This document shows, piece by piece, positions 9,693 to 19,313 of a stretch of 64,000 nt of DNA. The stretch's first letter is position 1, and each line of letters opens with the position of its first letter. The notes beneath the pieces were generated by a model. The model saw only the letters and a program-made list of their open reading frames with translations, was not told the DNA's origin and made no database searches. The stretch spans positions 1,069 through 65,068 of the forward strand of contig JAIXRY010000008.1 of the NCBI GenBank assembly GCA_027484965.1. Direction: 5' to 3'. The stretch is from a bacterium (GTDB lineage: Bacteria > Patescibacteriota > Minisyncoccia > Phycocordibacterales > UBA9973). The position numbers and the translations under genes were made by a program.

Positions 9693-11054
9693 ATGAAAAA
9701 AATTGCTCTCTTAATTTTGTGTGCGTTATTTGTTCTCACAACAAATACTATTCACGCTCAAACAATACTTACAGCAGAAGGAGATGGATCAAATACTCCT
9801 GAAGATCAACAATTAAACAAGGGTGAAGGATCAGAAGAAATAACAGTTCAACAAGATGAACAAGGTGATCAAAATAGTAATGATAACAATAATCAAGACT
9901 CTGGTAATAATCAATCCAATAATCAGAGTAATACAAATCAAAACACAACAACAAAATTAACGCCTCAAAAAATGGGTTTGAGTGACAGAATAAGGCAACA
10001 AGCAAAAGCTGTTAGAGAAAAAGTAATGACTCAAATAAACAGAAATGCAGCACTTTCCGCAAGAAGAGGTGTTAAGTTGGCAAATCCAGAAGAAGAAGCA
10101 AGATTACAGAAAGAAAAAGAACAACAGATTATAGATCAAAAAGTAAGTCAAGGTGCAAAAGTGTATAAAGCAATTCCAGGAGTTATTGAACCTGAAATAA
10201 TTTCTACTGATGGAGACAACTATGCAGATCTAGGATTTTATTCTGTCGCTTACGCAAGTGATGGTACACATTCAGCATTAAGCCCTGAAACACGATTTAC
10301 TGCAGGACCATTTGATGGAATGACAGTTACTTACAAGAAATCAATCCATGAAGACCCTACAAAAAGTATTGTTGGGCATGAATACTTTTATTATAACTAC
10401 AGAACAAATACGTGGTATAAAAATGCAGGTCTCAAAACAAGTGGTAACATTGATATGAGATTTGATTCTACTGGTGACTATATATATGGTGCGTTTGTAA
10501 GAGATTCTAGTGGTAGAGCTTTAAGAGATTCTCGTGGTGATTACATACAAAGTGATTTTACAGAAACAAATGAAGCTCCAGTGTATACAGACACATCAAA
10601 AGTAATATCTGAAACAATTGGAGAAAAATTCAGAAATGTACATACAAAAATGACAGATATTCAATCAAAAATAGAGGACGCTATAAATACTATTCCAGAA
10701 TCAGACAAAATCAATAAAGACGAACTGAGAAAAACTCTTCAAAATTCAAAACAAAGCCTTGTCTCAGCTGATACAAAAATAGTAAGACTGGAAAAAATTC
10801 AACTTACAAAAAATATTGATGATAAGACAAGAGAATTGATGTCTGGAGCGAAAAAAGATTTTATAAATTCAAAACAATACCTCAATACCATTCTAGTCGA
10901 ACTCAAGCAAGCAACAAAAGCAAAAGCAATAATTCAAACAGGAGGAGGAACAATAGGGAGTGGTGGGACAAGTGGAAATAACGGTGGAAATGGAGGGCAA
11001 GTAGACGGAAACAATGCTGGAGGCACCGGAACCGGAGATCAACCTAGAAGATAA
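9693..11054 (+). CDS. Secreted orphan protein with Q/N-rich low-complexity N-region and Gly-rich C-terminus
   Basis: The ORF-track start (9621) overlaps the ppa terminator. The in-frame MKKIALLILCALFVLTTNTIHAQ signal peptide begins at 9693. Confidence 0.5.
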   Translation: MKKIALLILCALFVLTTNTIHAQTILTAEGDGSNTPEDQQLNKGEGSEEITVQQDEQGDQNSNDNNNQDSGNNQSNNQSNTNQNTTTKLTPQKMGLSDRIRQQAKAVREKVMTQINRNAALSARRGVKLANPEEEARLQKEKEQQIIDQKVSQGAKVYKAIPGVIEPEIISTDGDNYADLGFYSVAYASDGTHSALSPETRFTAGPFDGMTVTYKKSIHEDPTKSIVGHEYFYYNYRTNTWYKNAGLKTSGNIDMRFDSTGDYIYGAFVRDSSGRALRDSRGDYIQSDFTETNEAPVYTDTSKVISETIGEKFRNVHTKMTDIQSKIEDAINTIPESDKINKDELRKTLQNSKQSLVSADTKIVRLEKIQLTKNIDDKTRELMSGAKKDFINSKQYLNTILVELKQATKAKAIIQTGGGTIGSGGTSGNNGGNGGQVDGNNAGGTGTGDQPRR

Positions 11055-11075
11055 TTATAAATATAAAATAACAAT

Positions 11076-11339
11076 ATGGACGATATAACAAACACAAACA
11101 TAGAGCAAATGACACCAGAAGATAACAAACCTTTTTCTGAAAAACATCATCACTTTATTCTTTCAATACTACTTATAGGAGCAATAGTTGCTGGTGGATG
11201 GTATTTGATGAAATACAAACCTTGGGGAGTATTGGGAGGTCAAAAACAAGAAGAACAAGTAGCACCTAAAAATGATTCAGATATAGTTATTATTAATGAA
11301 AATTTACAAGATATAGATATTGAAACATTACCTCAATAA
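11076..11339 (+). CDS. Small membrane protein (87 aa)
   Basis: One hydrophobic helix, ILSILLIGAIVAGGWYL. Confidence 0.35.
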   Translation: MDDITNTNIEQMTPEDNKPFSEKHHHFILSILLIGAIVAGGWYLMKYKPWGVLGGQKQEEQVAPKNDSDIVIINENLQDIDIETLPQ

Positions 11340-11379
11340 AAACCGTTCAAATATATTTTCACTTGATAGCTGAATACAT

Positions 11380-11410
11380 AAAAGCGGGACCCGAAGGGTC
11401 CCGCTTTTAT
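11380..11410 (+). terminator. Intrinsic terminator
   Basis: aaaagcgggacccgaagggtcccgcttttat: GC stem with UUCG-type loop and a T-run. Confidence 0.75.
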
Positions 11411-11473
11411 AGTTTAATTCCCCTTTGACAACACTCTTGCCCCTATTCACTTTTCACTATAGAATGTAGGTCT

Positions 11474-12529
11474 ATGCAACACGAAATAACAAAAAATAAC
11501 GATAGTACTATTTATATCAAAGTGAGTATTCCTTGGGAAACACTTTTATTAGAAAAACCTCATGCTTTAGCTGAACTTGGACAAAATGTCGAAGTTGATG
11601 GCTTCCGCAAAGGAAATGCACCTGTGGCGATGGTTGAGAAAAATATAAAGCCAGAAATATTACTTGAGGCTATGGCTGAGTATGCTGTAAATAAAGCATA
11701 CATAAATATCTTAGAAAGTGACAAAATCGACGCTATTGGTCGTCCTGAAGTTTTCTTCACTAAGATTGCTGAAGGTAATACTCTCGAATGTACAATCAAA
11801 ACATCAGTTCTTCCAACATTCGAACTTCCAAAATACAAAGCTCTTGCAAAAGAAATCAAAAAAGAAGATGCTGTAAAAACAACAGACGAAGAAATAGAAA
11901 AGACAATGCAAGAACTGCGTGAAATGCGTGCTCACCAAAAGCTTCACACACCTGTAGAGGAAGGAGGTCATGGACATGATCACGATGATCACTCTCATGC
12001 ACCTATTGAAGAAAAAGATCTTCCAGAAGTAAATGAGGAATTCGCAAAATCTTTTGGTTTTGATACTGTAGAAAAACTAAAAGAAAAAATCGGAGAGAAT
12101 ATGGAAAAAGAGAAAGAAAACCGTGCTCACGAAAAATTCCGCATCGAAATAATGGAGAAGTTAGTATCAAATACAGAAATGGCTATTCCTCCTGTTTTGA
12201 TAGAAAGTGAAACAGATATGTTAATCGAAAGAATGAAGCACGATATCTCACAAATGGGACTTTCATTCGATGACTACATGAAACACATTGCAAAGGACGA
12301 ACAAACAATGAGAGAGGAGTTCAAAAAAGACGCAGAAAAGAGAATCAAGTCAAAACTCATTATTGATAGAATCGCAAAAGAAGAGAAAATCACACCAGAA
12401 CAAGAAGAAGTTAATGCTAAGGTGCAAGATATTTTGAAACAATACGCAGATGCAGATAAGTTCCGCGCAGAAGCATATGTTACAGAACTTCTAACAACAG
12501 AAAAAGTTTTTGAGTTTCTCACTAAGTAA
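11474..12529 (+). CDS. tig: Trigger factor (short form lacking the PPIase domain)
   Basis: N-terminal ribosome-binding domain with the GFRKGNAP motif (consensus GFRxGxxP), plus the C-terminal chaperone arm. Length 351 aa. Confidence 0.8.
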   Translation: MQHEITKNNDSTIYIKVSIPWETLLLEKPHALAELGQNVEVDGFRKGNAPVAMVEKNIKPEILLEAMAEYAVNKAYINILESDKIDAIGRPEVFFTKIAEGNTLECTIKTSVLPTFELPKYKALAKEIKKEDAVKTTDEEIEKTMQELREMRAHQKLHTPVEEGGHGHDHDDHSHAPIEEKDLPEVNEEFAKSFGFDTVEKLKEKIGENMEKEKENRAHEKFRIEIMEKLVSNTEMAIPPVLIESETDMLIERMKHDISQMGLSFDDYMKHIAKDEQTMREEFKKDAEKRIKSKLIIDRIAKEEKITPEQEEVNAKVQDILKQYADADKFRAEAYVTELLTTEKVFEFLTK

Positions 12530-12547
12530 AAACATAAATAAAATAAG

Positions 12548-12576
12548 AAAAGCCTCCACTTCGGAGGCTTTTTAGT
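12548..12576. terminator. Bidirectional intrinsic terminator (tig and the convergent gene)
   Basis: aaaagcctccacttcggaggcttttt. Confidence 0.7.
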
Positions 12577-12590
12577 TTATTTTAAAAAAA

Positions 12591-13094
12591 CTATTCTTTA
12601 GAATCATGAATAACAATGACTTTTTTATATGCTGTATAAAGACAAGCATATCTACTTGCCTCTTCACCATGAACCAAACCTTCGTTATACCATCCATTAT
12701 CATGAATCATTTGTATATCATTAAGTCCACGGAGTACTGATTTGTCTCTAAAGATTTCAAAATTTAAATCTTTTAATCTAAAATCATCACTCCAAAAACT
12801 TCTAGACAAAACGGCGGTTTCTCCAGAATCAAACTTAGATATATTGTATGCAACCAATATATCGAGAGTATGATTTTGAATACTATCATATACAACAGTA
12901 ACAATTCTTGAATTTTCATTAAACTTATCTAGTATTTCGTAGTTTTTAACACCAGAATATAAAATAGGCATTAACACTATCATTCCAATTAAAAGATTTG
13001 TTATGCATATCCACTTCTTCAAACGTAAGAAAACTGGAATACAAATGATTGCTGAATAGCAAATTAAAAAAGAAATTACGATTAATTTTTCCAT
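12591..13094 (-). CDS. Orphan membrane-anchored protein (two N-terminal helices plus a soluble domain)
   Basis: ORF with N-terminal hydrophobic segments; no recognisable family. Confidence 0.35.
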   Translation of the reverse strand: MEKLIVISFLICYSAIICIPVFLRLKKWICITNLLIGMIVLMPILYSGVKNYEILDKFNENSRIVTVVYDSIQNHTLDILVAYNISKFDSGETAVLSRSFWSDDFRLKDLNFEIFRDKSVLRGLNDIQMIHDNGWYNEGLVHGEEASRYACLYTAYKKVIVIHDSKE

Positions 13095-13221
13095 TGTTTT
13101 TTATTTAATTGTTTAAGAACTTATTTACACTATCAACTCACAATTTTTATAAGCTGAATAATGAAACTAATTTCTAAAGATTTTAATCAGTAGAAATTAG
13201 TTTTTTATTTTTGATTTACGT

Positions 13222-13728
13222 TTAGGATTTATCGTTGATGTAAGATTTTAAATCTTTTGTTTTTTCAATCCATACAGGCTCATACGAGGTATTACCATTA
13301 ACTTGATCAAAAAATATCTCAAGCGCAGCTTGAGTAAGCTGTTCTCTGGTTGCAATTATTACATTATTATTATGATCTGTTACAACTTCTCCCTCTAACT
13401 GATAAATAATTTTCTTATTGGCTTGGAAAAAAGTTTCAGCCTCATCTTTTGAGTCAAAACTATGTATCACAAAATCAATTGAAATCTGTATGTACCAGAG
13501 AGTTTCTGTAAAATCATGTTCAACAACGTTGTAACCACGTTCGTATGTTTCTTTTCCTATAAGGACTACACGTTCATCACCATTTTTCTCTTGAAAAACA
13601 AGGCGTCCACCTCCTCTTTCTGAATAGGAGACAAACTTCGCCATTAGAATGTCTCGCGACAATCCAAGCAGACTATAAAATGTACCTACCTTGAAATCAT
13701 TGTGTGAGTTAATTTTTACAATTTTCAT
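13222..13728 (-). CDS. Orphan cytoplasmic protein (168 aa)
   Basis: Clean ORF; no recognisable family. Confidence 0.35.
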   Translation of the reverse strand: MKIVKINSHNDFKVGTFYSLLGLSRDILMAKFVSYSERGGGRLVFQEKNGDERVVLIGKETYERGYNVVEHDFTETLWYIQISIDFVIHSFDSKDEAETFFQANKKIIYQLEGEVVTDHNNNVIIATREQLTQAALEIFFDQVNGNTSYEPVWIEKTKDLKSYINDKS

Positions 13729-13871
13729 TTTGTTTTTTATTTAATTGTTAAGTAATTTGTTTCTAGATACATTATGCAATATATTTATATTTATGTCTAT
13801 TTATATAGTTATTTTGATATAAAAGTAAACAAATAGTTTACTTTTAATTGACTTTTGTATATAATTATTGA

Positions 13872-14696
13872 ATGATTTATAATCCAAAAAATATAGAGGA
13901 GTATATTCTATTCTTTCTCCAAAAAGGATCTTTAAAAACCACTGAATTACTAAAAAATATAAAGGTAAAGCGCCCAGGCACAACAAAACAAGCACTATAT
14001 AAAGTAATTACAAAATTAAAAGAAGACGAAGTAATAGTAGTTAGAAGTAAGTACATTTCCCTCTCTCATCTATGGATCAATAAAATGAGTGAATATTTCA
14101 ATACAGCAAAACATCTATATACAACAGAAGGTGCACCCAGCGAAGACTTCCTCCAATTAGAAGATGGTGACAAAATCACTTACACATTTAAAAACCCAAA
14201 CATTACAGATATGTTTTGGAGTCACGCATTCAGTATTTTGTCAGAAATAACCATTCAGCCAATATGTCTCTATAATCCCCACGAATGGTTCATGTTAGGA
14301 AGATACGAAAGCGAGAGAAAACTCTTTGACAATATTAGAAGCAGGAACAAAAAACTCTTCTTGATTACTGCCAATAAAGATGAACTGGATAAAAGTGTTT
14401 CAAAAGAATTTGATAATAAGAATCTTTTTTATTACATGCTCGGAGAAAATTTATTTCCTAAAGATAATTATTATTTAAACATATTCGACGACTTTATTAT
14501 TGAAGTATGGATAGATAAAAAGACCTCTGATCTAATTGATACTTTTTATAAAGAACACAAAGTGTTTAATCAAGAAGCAGAAGAAAAATTAAAAAAGATC
14601 TTAGAAAAAAGAGGAAAAAATAAAATGGTAATTTCTAGAAACAAACACAAAGCAGATAAATTACATAAAATATTTAAAAAGTATTTTGTATTGTAA
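13872..14696 (+). CDS. Orphan protein with a likely N-terminal winged-helix DNA-binding domain
   Basis: N-terminal region (LKTTELLKNIKVKRPGTTKQALYKVITKLKEDEVIVV) resembles wHTH regulators. The C-terminal domain is unassigned. Confidence 0.35.
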   Translation: MIYNPKNIEEYILFFLQKGSLKTTELLKNIKVKRPGTTKQALYKVITKLKEDEVIVVRSKYISLSHLWINKMSEYFNTAKHLYTTEGAPSEDFLQLEDGDKITYTFKNPNITDMFWSHAFSILSEITIQPICLYNPHEWFMLGRYESERKLFDNIRSRNKKLFLITANKDELDKSVSKEFDNKNLFYYMLGENLFPKDNYYLNIFDDFIIEVWIDKKTSDLIDTFYKEHKVFNQEAEEKLKKILEKRGKNKMVISRNKHKADKLHKIFKKYFVL

Positions 14697-14701
14697 GCAA
14701 T

Positions 14702-14752
14702 AAATACAAGAAAAAGTGGAGACCTTCGGTGCTCCACTTTTTCTTGTATTTA
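14702..14752 (+). terminator. Intrinsic terminator with 20-bp arms
   Basis: aaatacaagaaaaagtggag...ctccactttttcttgtattt. Confidence 0.7.
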
Positions 14753-14792
14753 CAAAATAAAACCCCTCACTTAAAAGTAAGAGGTGTTAAAA

Positions 14793-15377
14793 TTAGTCGC
14801 AAAAATACAAAAAATGACTACCACGAACCCATTCCTGAATATAATGATTCAAAAAGTATCGAATCTCACGATTAGTATTGAGAAAATAACCAGCAATGAT
14901 ACGATCACCATTTTCATTAACTGAAAGCATGTCTCTTTGATCGATAGACCGAATACACACATTCTTAGGTAATTGTTCTTTTAGTGTTAGTTCCGCAACA
15001 GAAAGCCCGAACACATTTCCCGATCTGCCATTACTTGATTTAATATGATCAAATACATGTTGAGAACAGTAGAGTGTTTTTGTTTTTACAACAATTACTT
15101 TTTTCCGGTCTCCTGTTTTGAATTGATAGGTAGGTGTTACTTTTGAAAATTCCTCTCCCCATTTTTCCGCTACATGTGCTCGTACTATATCCATATCTGG
15201 AATAATAATGTGGTCTGATTCGAAAACAATTTCAAAAAAAGAATTTTCTTTTTCTTTGTGTAACAATTCTTTGTTTGTAATTTCATAAATACTATCAAGT
15301 AACTGGATTAATTGATACTTTTTAAACTTTTTAAAATCACAATTAACTATTTCTGCAATTTCTTTATAATCCATCAT
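14793..15377 (-). CDS. Orphan protein (194 aa), divergent from clpP
   Basis: Clean ORF; no recognisable family. Confidence 0.35.
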   Translation of the reverse strand: MMDYKEIAEIVNCDFKKFKKYQLIQLLDSIYEITNKELLHKEKENSFFEIVFESDHIIIPDMDIVRAHVAEKWGEEFSKVTPTYQFKTGDRKKVIVVKTKTLYCSQHVFDHIKSSNGRSGNVFGLSVAELTLKEQLPKNVCIRSIDQRDMLSVNENGDRIIAGYFLNTNREIRYFLNHYIQEWVRGSHFLYFCD

Positions 15378-15459
15378 ATTGTGTTGTTTTTTTAAACAAT
15401 ATCATACTATACAAAATTGTCAAATTTTAAAAATTCTATATTTTTGCTATATTAAGAGT

Positions 15460-16050
15460 ATGTTAATCCCAACAGTAATCGAAAAAACAATGAACGGTGA
15501 ACGAGCTTATGATATATACTCTCGCCTTTTGAACGAACGCATCATATTCCTCGGCGGTCCTATTGATGACCATGTTGCAAATCTCATCATCGCTCAACTC
15601 CTCTTCCTAGAACACACAGACCCTAAGAAAGATATTTCTCTCTATATCAATTCTCCAGGAGGACAAATCCAATCAGGACTCGCAATTCTCGACACTATGA
15701 ACCATATCAAGTGTGACGTATCTACTATATGTGTCGGAATGGCAGCTTCTATGGGTGCAGTAATTCTCTCAGCAGGAAAAAAGGGTAAGAGATTCGTTCT
15801 TCCAAATTCTGAAGTTATGATTCACCAACCTCTCACAGGTATAGAAGGACAGGCTTCAGATATCGAAATCACAGCCAAGCATATCTTGAAACTCAAAGAA
15901 AATCTCTACAAGATACTCGCCAAAAATACTGGTAAGCCGTATGCGCAAGTAGAAAAAGATGGTGACCGCGACTACTGGATGGATGCAGAAGAGTCAAAGA
16001 AGTATGGAATCGTAGACGAAATACTTTCAAAAACAAAATCAGGAAAATAA
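15460..16050 (+). CDS. clpP: ATP-dependent Clp protease proteolytic subunit
   Basis: [10 protein letters not shown]...[23 protein letters not shown]..., catalytic Ser in GMAASMGA, His in MIHQP. Start moved to the conserved N-terminus (the ORF track begins at 15379). Confidence 0.9.
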   Translation: MLIPTVIEKTMNGERAYDIYSRLLNERIIFLGGPIDDHVANLIIAQLLFLEHTDPKKDISLYINSPGGQIQSGLAILDTMNHIKCDVSTICVGMAASMGAVILSAGKKGKRFVLPNSEVMIHQPLTGIEGQASDIEITAKHILKLKENLYKILAKNTGKPYAQVEKDGDRDYWMDAEESKKYGIVDEILSKTKSGK

Positions 16051-16053
16051 CAT

Positions 16054-16082
16054 AAAAGCACTCACAATGAGTGCTTTTATGT
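16054..16082 (+). terminator. Intrinsic terminator after clpP
   Basis: aaaagcactcacaatgagtgctttt. Confidence 0.7.
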
Positions 16083-16211
16083 TTAAAATAGACATTTTTT
16101 AATATATATATTATAGTGTGTATGTTACTTAATTAATCTTCCATATTTTGTACTCCCCGATTCTCCACCCACGATCGCTACCTTTGTACAATAAAATGGA
16201 TATTTGAAAAT

Positions 16212-17738
16212 ATGAAAACAGAAATAATCATAGGAGGTCTCGGACTCCTAAGTCTTGGTTGTGTACTTGGATATTACCTAAGACATCTAAAATCCCTAGC
16301 AACACGTGGAAGTCTCGAACTTGAAATCAAACAAATACTGATAGATGCAAAAGAAGAAGCAAACAAAATCACAGACGAAGCAAGAAGAAAATCAGAAGAA
16401 AAAGAAGAGGAGGTGCGCACTCTAGAACGTGAGACATCAAACAAATTAAAACACACAGAAACTCGTCTTATAAAGAAAGAGGAACTTCTTGACGCTCGCC
16501 AAACAGAAATAGACCGTGAAGGTGAACATTTAAAGATGCAAGCCGAAGATATTCGTAGAATAAAAGAGAAAGTTGAAGCTAACAAAGTAGAAAGTGAGGA
16601 CAAGCTCGAAAAGATTGCTCGCCTTACTATCGGTGAAGCTCGTGATGAAATATTGAGAAAAACAGAAAATTCATACAGTGAAGATATTCTTTCTCGTATG
16701 CAAAAACTCGAACGTGACGGAGAAGAAAGACTTACTCGCCGTGCAAAAGAAATAATGGCAACAACAATCGAAAGACTCGCCTCTTCTACAGCAAACGAAT
16801 TCATGACTACAACAGTCACTATTCCATCTGAAGATATAAAAGGTAAGATCATTGGTAAAGAAGGAAGAAATATTCGTACATTCGAACGTGAAGCAGGAGT
16901 TGAGCTCATTGTGGACGACACTCCAGGAGCCATCATTATCTCATCATTCGACCCTATTCGCCGCCACATTGCATCACTCGCCCTCCAAAACTTAATAAAA
17001 GATGGACGTATTCAACCAGCAAAAATAGAAGAAATGATTCTTCGTGCAAAAGAAGAGATCCAAAAAACAATGAAAGAAGAAGGTGAAAAGGCTGTATTTG
17101 AGTGTGGACTTTTCAATCTAGACCCAAGAGTGGTAAGTGTTCTCGGAAGACTTCATTTCCGTACAAGCTACGGTCAAAATGTTTTGAAACACTCTATAGA
17201 AATGACACATATTGCAGGAATGCTCGCATCTGAGCTAGGTGGAGATGTTGCAATAGCAAAAGCGGGCGCACTTGTGCATGATATCGGTAAAGCTCTTGAT
17301 CATGAAGTAGAAGGAACACATATTGATATTGGAATTCGTATTCTTCAAAAATATAATACAGACAAGAGAATTATTGACGCGATGAAGTCTCACCACAATG
17401 ACTGCCCTCACGAATCAATTGAAGCAGTCATCGTCCAAACAGCTGACCATATCTCAGGAGGACGCCCAGGTGCACGTCGTGATACAGCTGAAAACTATCT
17501 CAAACGTCTAGGCGAACTCGAAGCATTAGTGAATTCTTTCCCTGGAATCGAAAAGTCATACGCTCTCCAAGCTGGACGTGAAATTAGAATATTTGTTTCT
17601 CCAGAAAAAGTAACAGATATAGAAGCAAAGAAAATGACAAAAAGTATTGCCGATAAAATCGAAAAAGAATTAAAATATCCAGGTGAAATCAAAGTAACCA
17701 TGATAAGAGAAAGTCGCGTAATAGAGTATGCGAGATAA
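16212..17738 (+). CDS. rny: Ribonuclease Y
   Basis: N-terminal transmembrane helix, coiled coil, KH domain (GKIIGKEGRNIRTFE) and HD domain (LKHSIEMTHIAGMLA...VHDIGKA). Confidence 0.9.
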   Translation: MKTEIIIGGLGLLSLGCVLGYYLRHLKSLATRGSLELEIKQILIDAKEEANKITDEARRKSEEKEEEVRTLERETSNKLKHTETRLIKKEELLDARQTEIDREGEHLKMQAEDIRRIKEKVEANKVESEDKLEKIARLTIGEARDEILRKTENSYSEDILSRMQKLERDGEERLTRRAKEIMATTIERLASSTANEFMTTTVTIPSEDIKGKIIGKEGRNIRTFEREAGVELIVDDTPGAIIISSFDPIRRHIASLALQNLIKDGRIQPAKIEEMILRAKEEIQKTMKEEGEKAVFECGLFNLDPRVVSVLGRLHFRTSYGQNVLKHSIEMTHIAGMLASELGGDVAIAKAGALVHDIGKALDHEVEGTHIDIGIRILQKYNTDKRIIDAMKSHHNDCPHESIEAVIVQTADHISGGRPGARRDTAENYLKRLGELEALVNSFPGIEKSYALQAGREIRIFVSPEKVTDIEAKKMTKSIADKIEKELKYPGEIKVTMIRESRVIEYAR

Positions 17739-17789
17739 TCAATCTTCAATCTAAATCAAAGACTCACTATTCGGGTACGCAAGATAGAT

Positions 17790-17816
17790 AAAAAGCCATC
17801 TCGTGATGGCTTTTTC
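17790..17816. terminator. Bidirectional intrinsic terminator
   Basis: aaaaagccatctcgtgatggcttttt. Confidence 0.7.
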
Positions 17817-17823
17817 AATTTAA

Positions 17824-18177
17824 TTATTTAACTTCAACAACACAAGAAAAGTGAAACCCTTTTTCTATATACGCATTCCACCCTTCTTCTAAATTAAAAC
17901 ACACTTTTTCTACATAAGTATCAATTTCATCACGATACTTAAGATATGTTTTATTAATAGATAAAACAATATTTTTAGATCCGTCAGTATGCACCCCTAC
18001 TATTCCTGAACAAAGAGCGAAATCACCTAAAATATTCCCCACCCAAGCCTTTTCTTTTTCTTGCGCTTGTTCTGGTTTTAAGCTTATTTTTAGCGTTTTT
18101 CCTCGTAAATCCATAAGACTGAATTTTTCTAACCCTGCTTTTTTAAATAAATTTTTTATTTCTTCTGTTGCTGTCAT
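17824..18177 (-). CDS. Orphan small protein (117 aa)
   Basis: Clean ORF; no recognisable family. Confidence 0.3.
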   Translation of the reverse strand: MTATEEIKNLFKKAGLEKFSLMDLRGKTLKISLKPEQAQEKEKAWVGNILGDFALCSGIVGVHTDGSKNIVLSINKTYLKYRDEIDTYVEKVCFNLEEGWNAYIEKGFHFSCVVEVK

Positions 18178-18345
18178 GTATTTTACTTTTAATTTGTAAA
18201 AAGAATACTATTTATATCTATATTTGTCAATGCAGTTTGCCCTTGCATTTGCAAAAAGCCTTTTAGTATAATAGATATAGCTCCTGGAGACAGTAGCTGC
18301 CGTTCGAAATGGTCGACATTTTTAATAACAATAATAGAACTAACT

Positions 18346-18621
18346 ATGAATAAACAAGCTCTTGTAGACATGGTCCACGAAAAATTGGGAGGTACAAAAG
18401 TGCAAGCGGAAGGTATCGTCGACGGTATCATTGAAGCTATCACTACTACTCTCAAAAAAGGTGGTGAAGTTTCTATTGCTGGTCTTGGTATCTTCTCTGT
18501 AAAGGATCGTGCAGCTCGTACTGCTCGTAATCCTAAAACAGGTGAAGCTGTTAAGGTTGCAGCAACTCGCGTTCCTAAATTCCGTGCGGCTAAAGCACTT
18601 AAGGACGCTGTGGCTAAATAG
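18346..18621 (+). CDS. hup: DNA-binding protein HU
   Basis: Classic HU signature [21 protein letters not shown] is matched by GLGIFSVKDRAARTARNPKTGE. Confidence 0.9.
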   Translation: MNKQALVDMVHEKLGGTKVQAEGIVDGIIEAITTTLKKGGEVSIAGLGIFSVKDRAARTARNPKTGEAVKVAATRVPKFRAAKALKDAVAK

Positions 18622-18656
18622 TCACTCTTTCAAAAATAAAAACACTCGGCATACAT

Positions 18657-18683
18657 AAAATCCACCTTTTGGTGGATTTTATG
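18657..18683 (+). terminator. Intrinsic terminator after hup
   Basis: aaaatccaccttttggtggatttt. Confidence 0.7.
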
Positions 18684-18799
18684 CTTTATATGTAATTTTA
18701 TGTGGTCTAAATAATTCAAATCGGAGTCACTTCCTTTTAGGCCACAGATATTTCCCAAATATCTGGTAAATTCTTTATATATTAAATTATTAAGAAGTA

Positions 18800-18877
18800 G
18801 GTCGGGGTGCCGGGATTCGAACCCGGAGTCACTTGTACCCAAAACAAGCATGTTAGCCGTTACACCACACCCCGACT
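18800..18877 (-). tRNA. tRNA-Pro (anticodon UGG)
   Basis: Minus-strand cloverleaf: acceptor GUCGGGG/CCCCGAC, anticodon arm CUUGU-UUUGGGU-ACAAG, T-loop GGGUUCGAAUCCC. No encoded CCA. Confidence 0.8.
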
Positions 18878-18916
18878 CACTTCTCACTAAAAACATTTAA
18901 TATATAAAGAACTTAC

Positions 18917-18954
18917 CCCAAAACAAGTATGTTAGCCGTTACACCACACCCCGA
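18917..18954 (-). repeat. 38-bp direct duplicate (1 mismatch) of the 5' half of tRNA-Pro
   Basis: cccaaaacaagTatgttagccgttacaccacaccccga versus the tRNA copy at 18838-18875 (C instead of T). Confidence 0.8.
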
Positions 18955-19046
18955 ATACTAAACAATCTAGTACAAGAAGTATATTAACATAAACTTCATT
19001 ATAAATCCATATAAAAAACCAGTACCTTTAATTAAAAGTACTGGTT

Positions 19047-19280
19047 CTATTTTCTACACAATAAATAATTTGATTGATAAGACTTATCAGAAAAAGTATT
19101 CATTATTGAAGCTTTTTCTGAAAGTCTTTTTTGACCTTCTTCGGAAGATTCTCTTACAATAAAAGCCTTTGATTTTGAAGTAAGATTAATTTCTATTATG
19201 TCCTTAGAAGTATCTACTTCTAAGGTATCAATAGCTTCTTTTATAGCCTTTTCTGTGTTTTGTGAAAATTTGATTGACAT
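19047..19280 (-). CDS. Orphan small protein (77 aa)
   Basis: Clean ORF between tRNA-Pro and the kinase-like gene. Confidence 0.3.
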   Translation of the reverse strand: MSIKFSQNTEKAIKEAIDTLEVDTSKDIIEINLTSKSKAFIVRESSEEGQKRLSEKASIMNTFSDKSYQSNYLLCRK

Positions 19281-19313
19281 ATTTTTGTTTTTTATAATTA
19301 TAGCTTATAAGTA

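Noticed and set aside
16274-16969. 231-aa minus-strand ORF rich in Ser/Arg
   Set aside because: Antisense shadow of rny; low-complexity composition typical of reverse-frame translation of a K/E-rich gene.
18630-18896. 88-aa minus-strand ORF
   Set aside because: Overlaps the hup terminator and the tRNA-Pro gene; reading through a tRNA is implausible.
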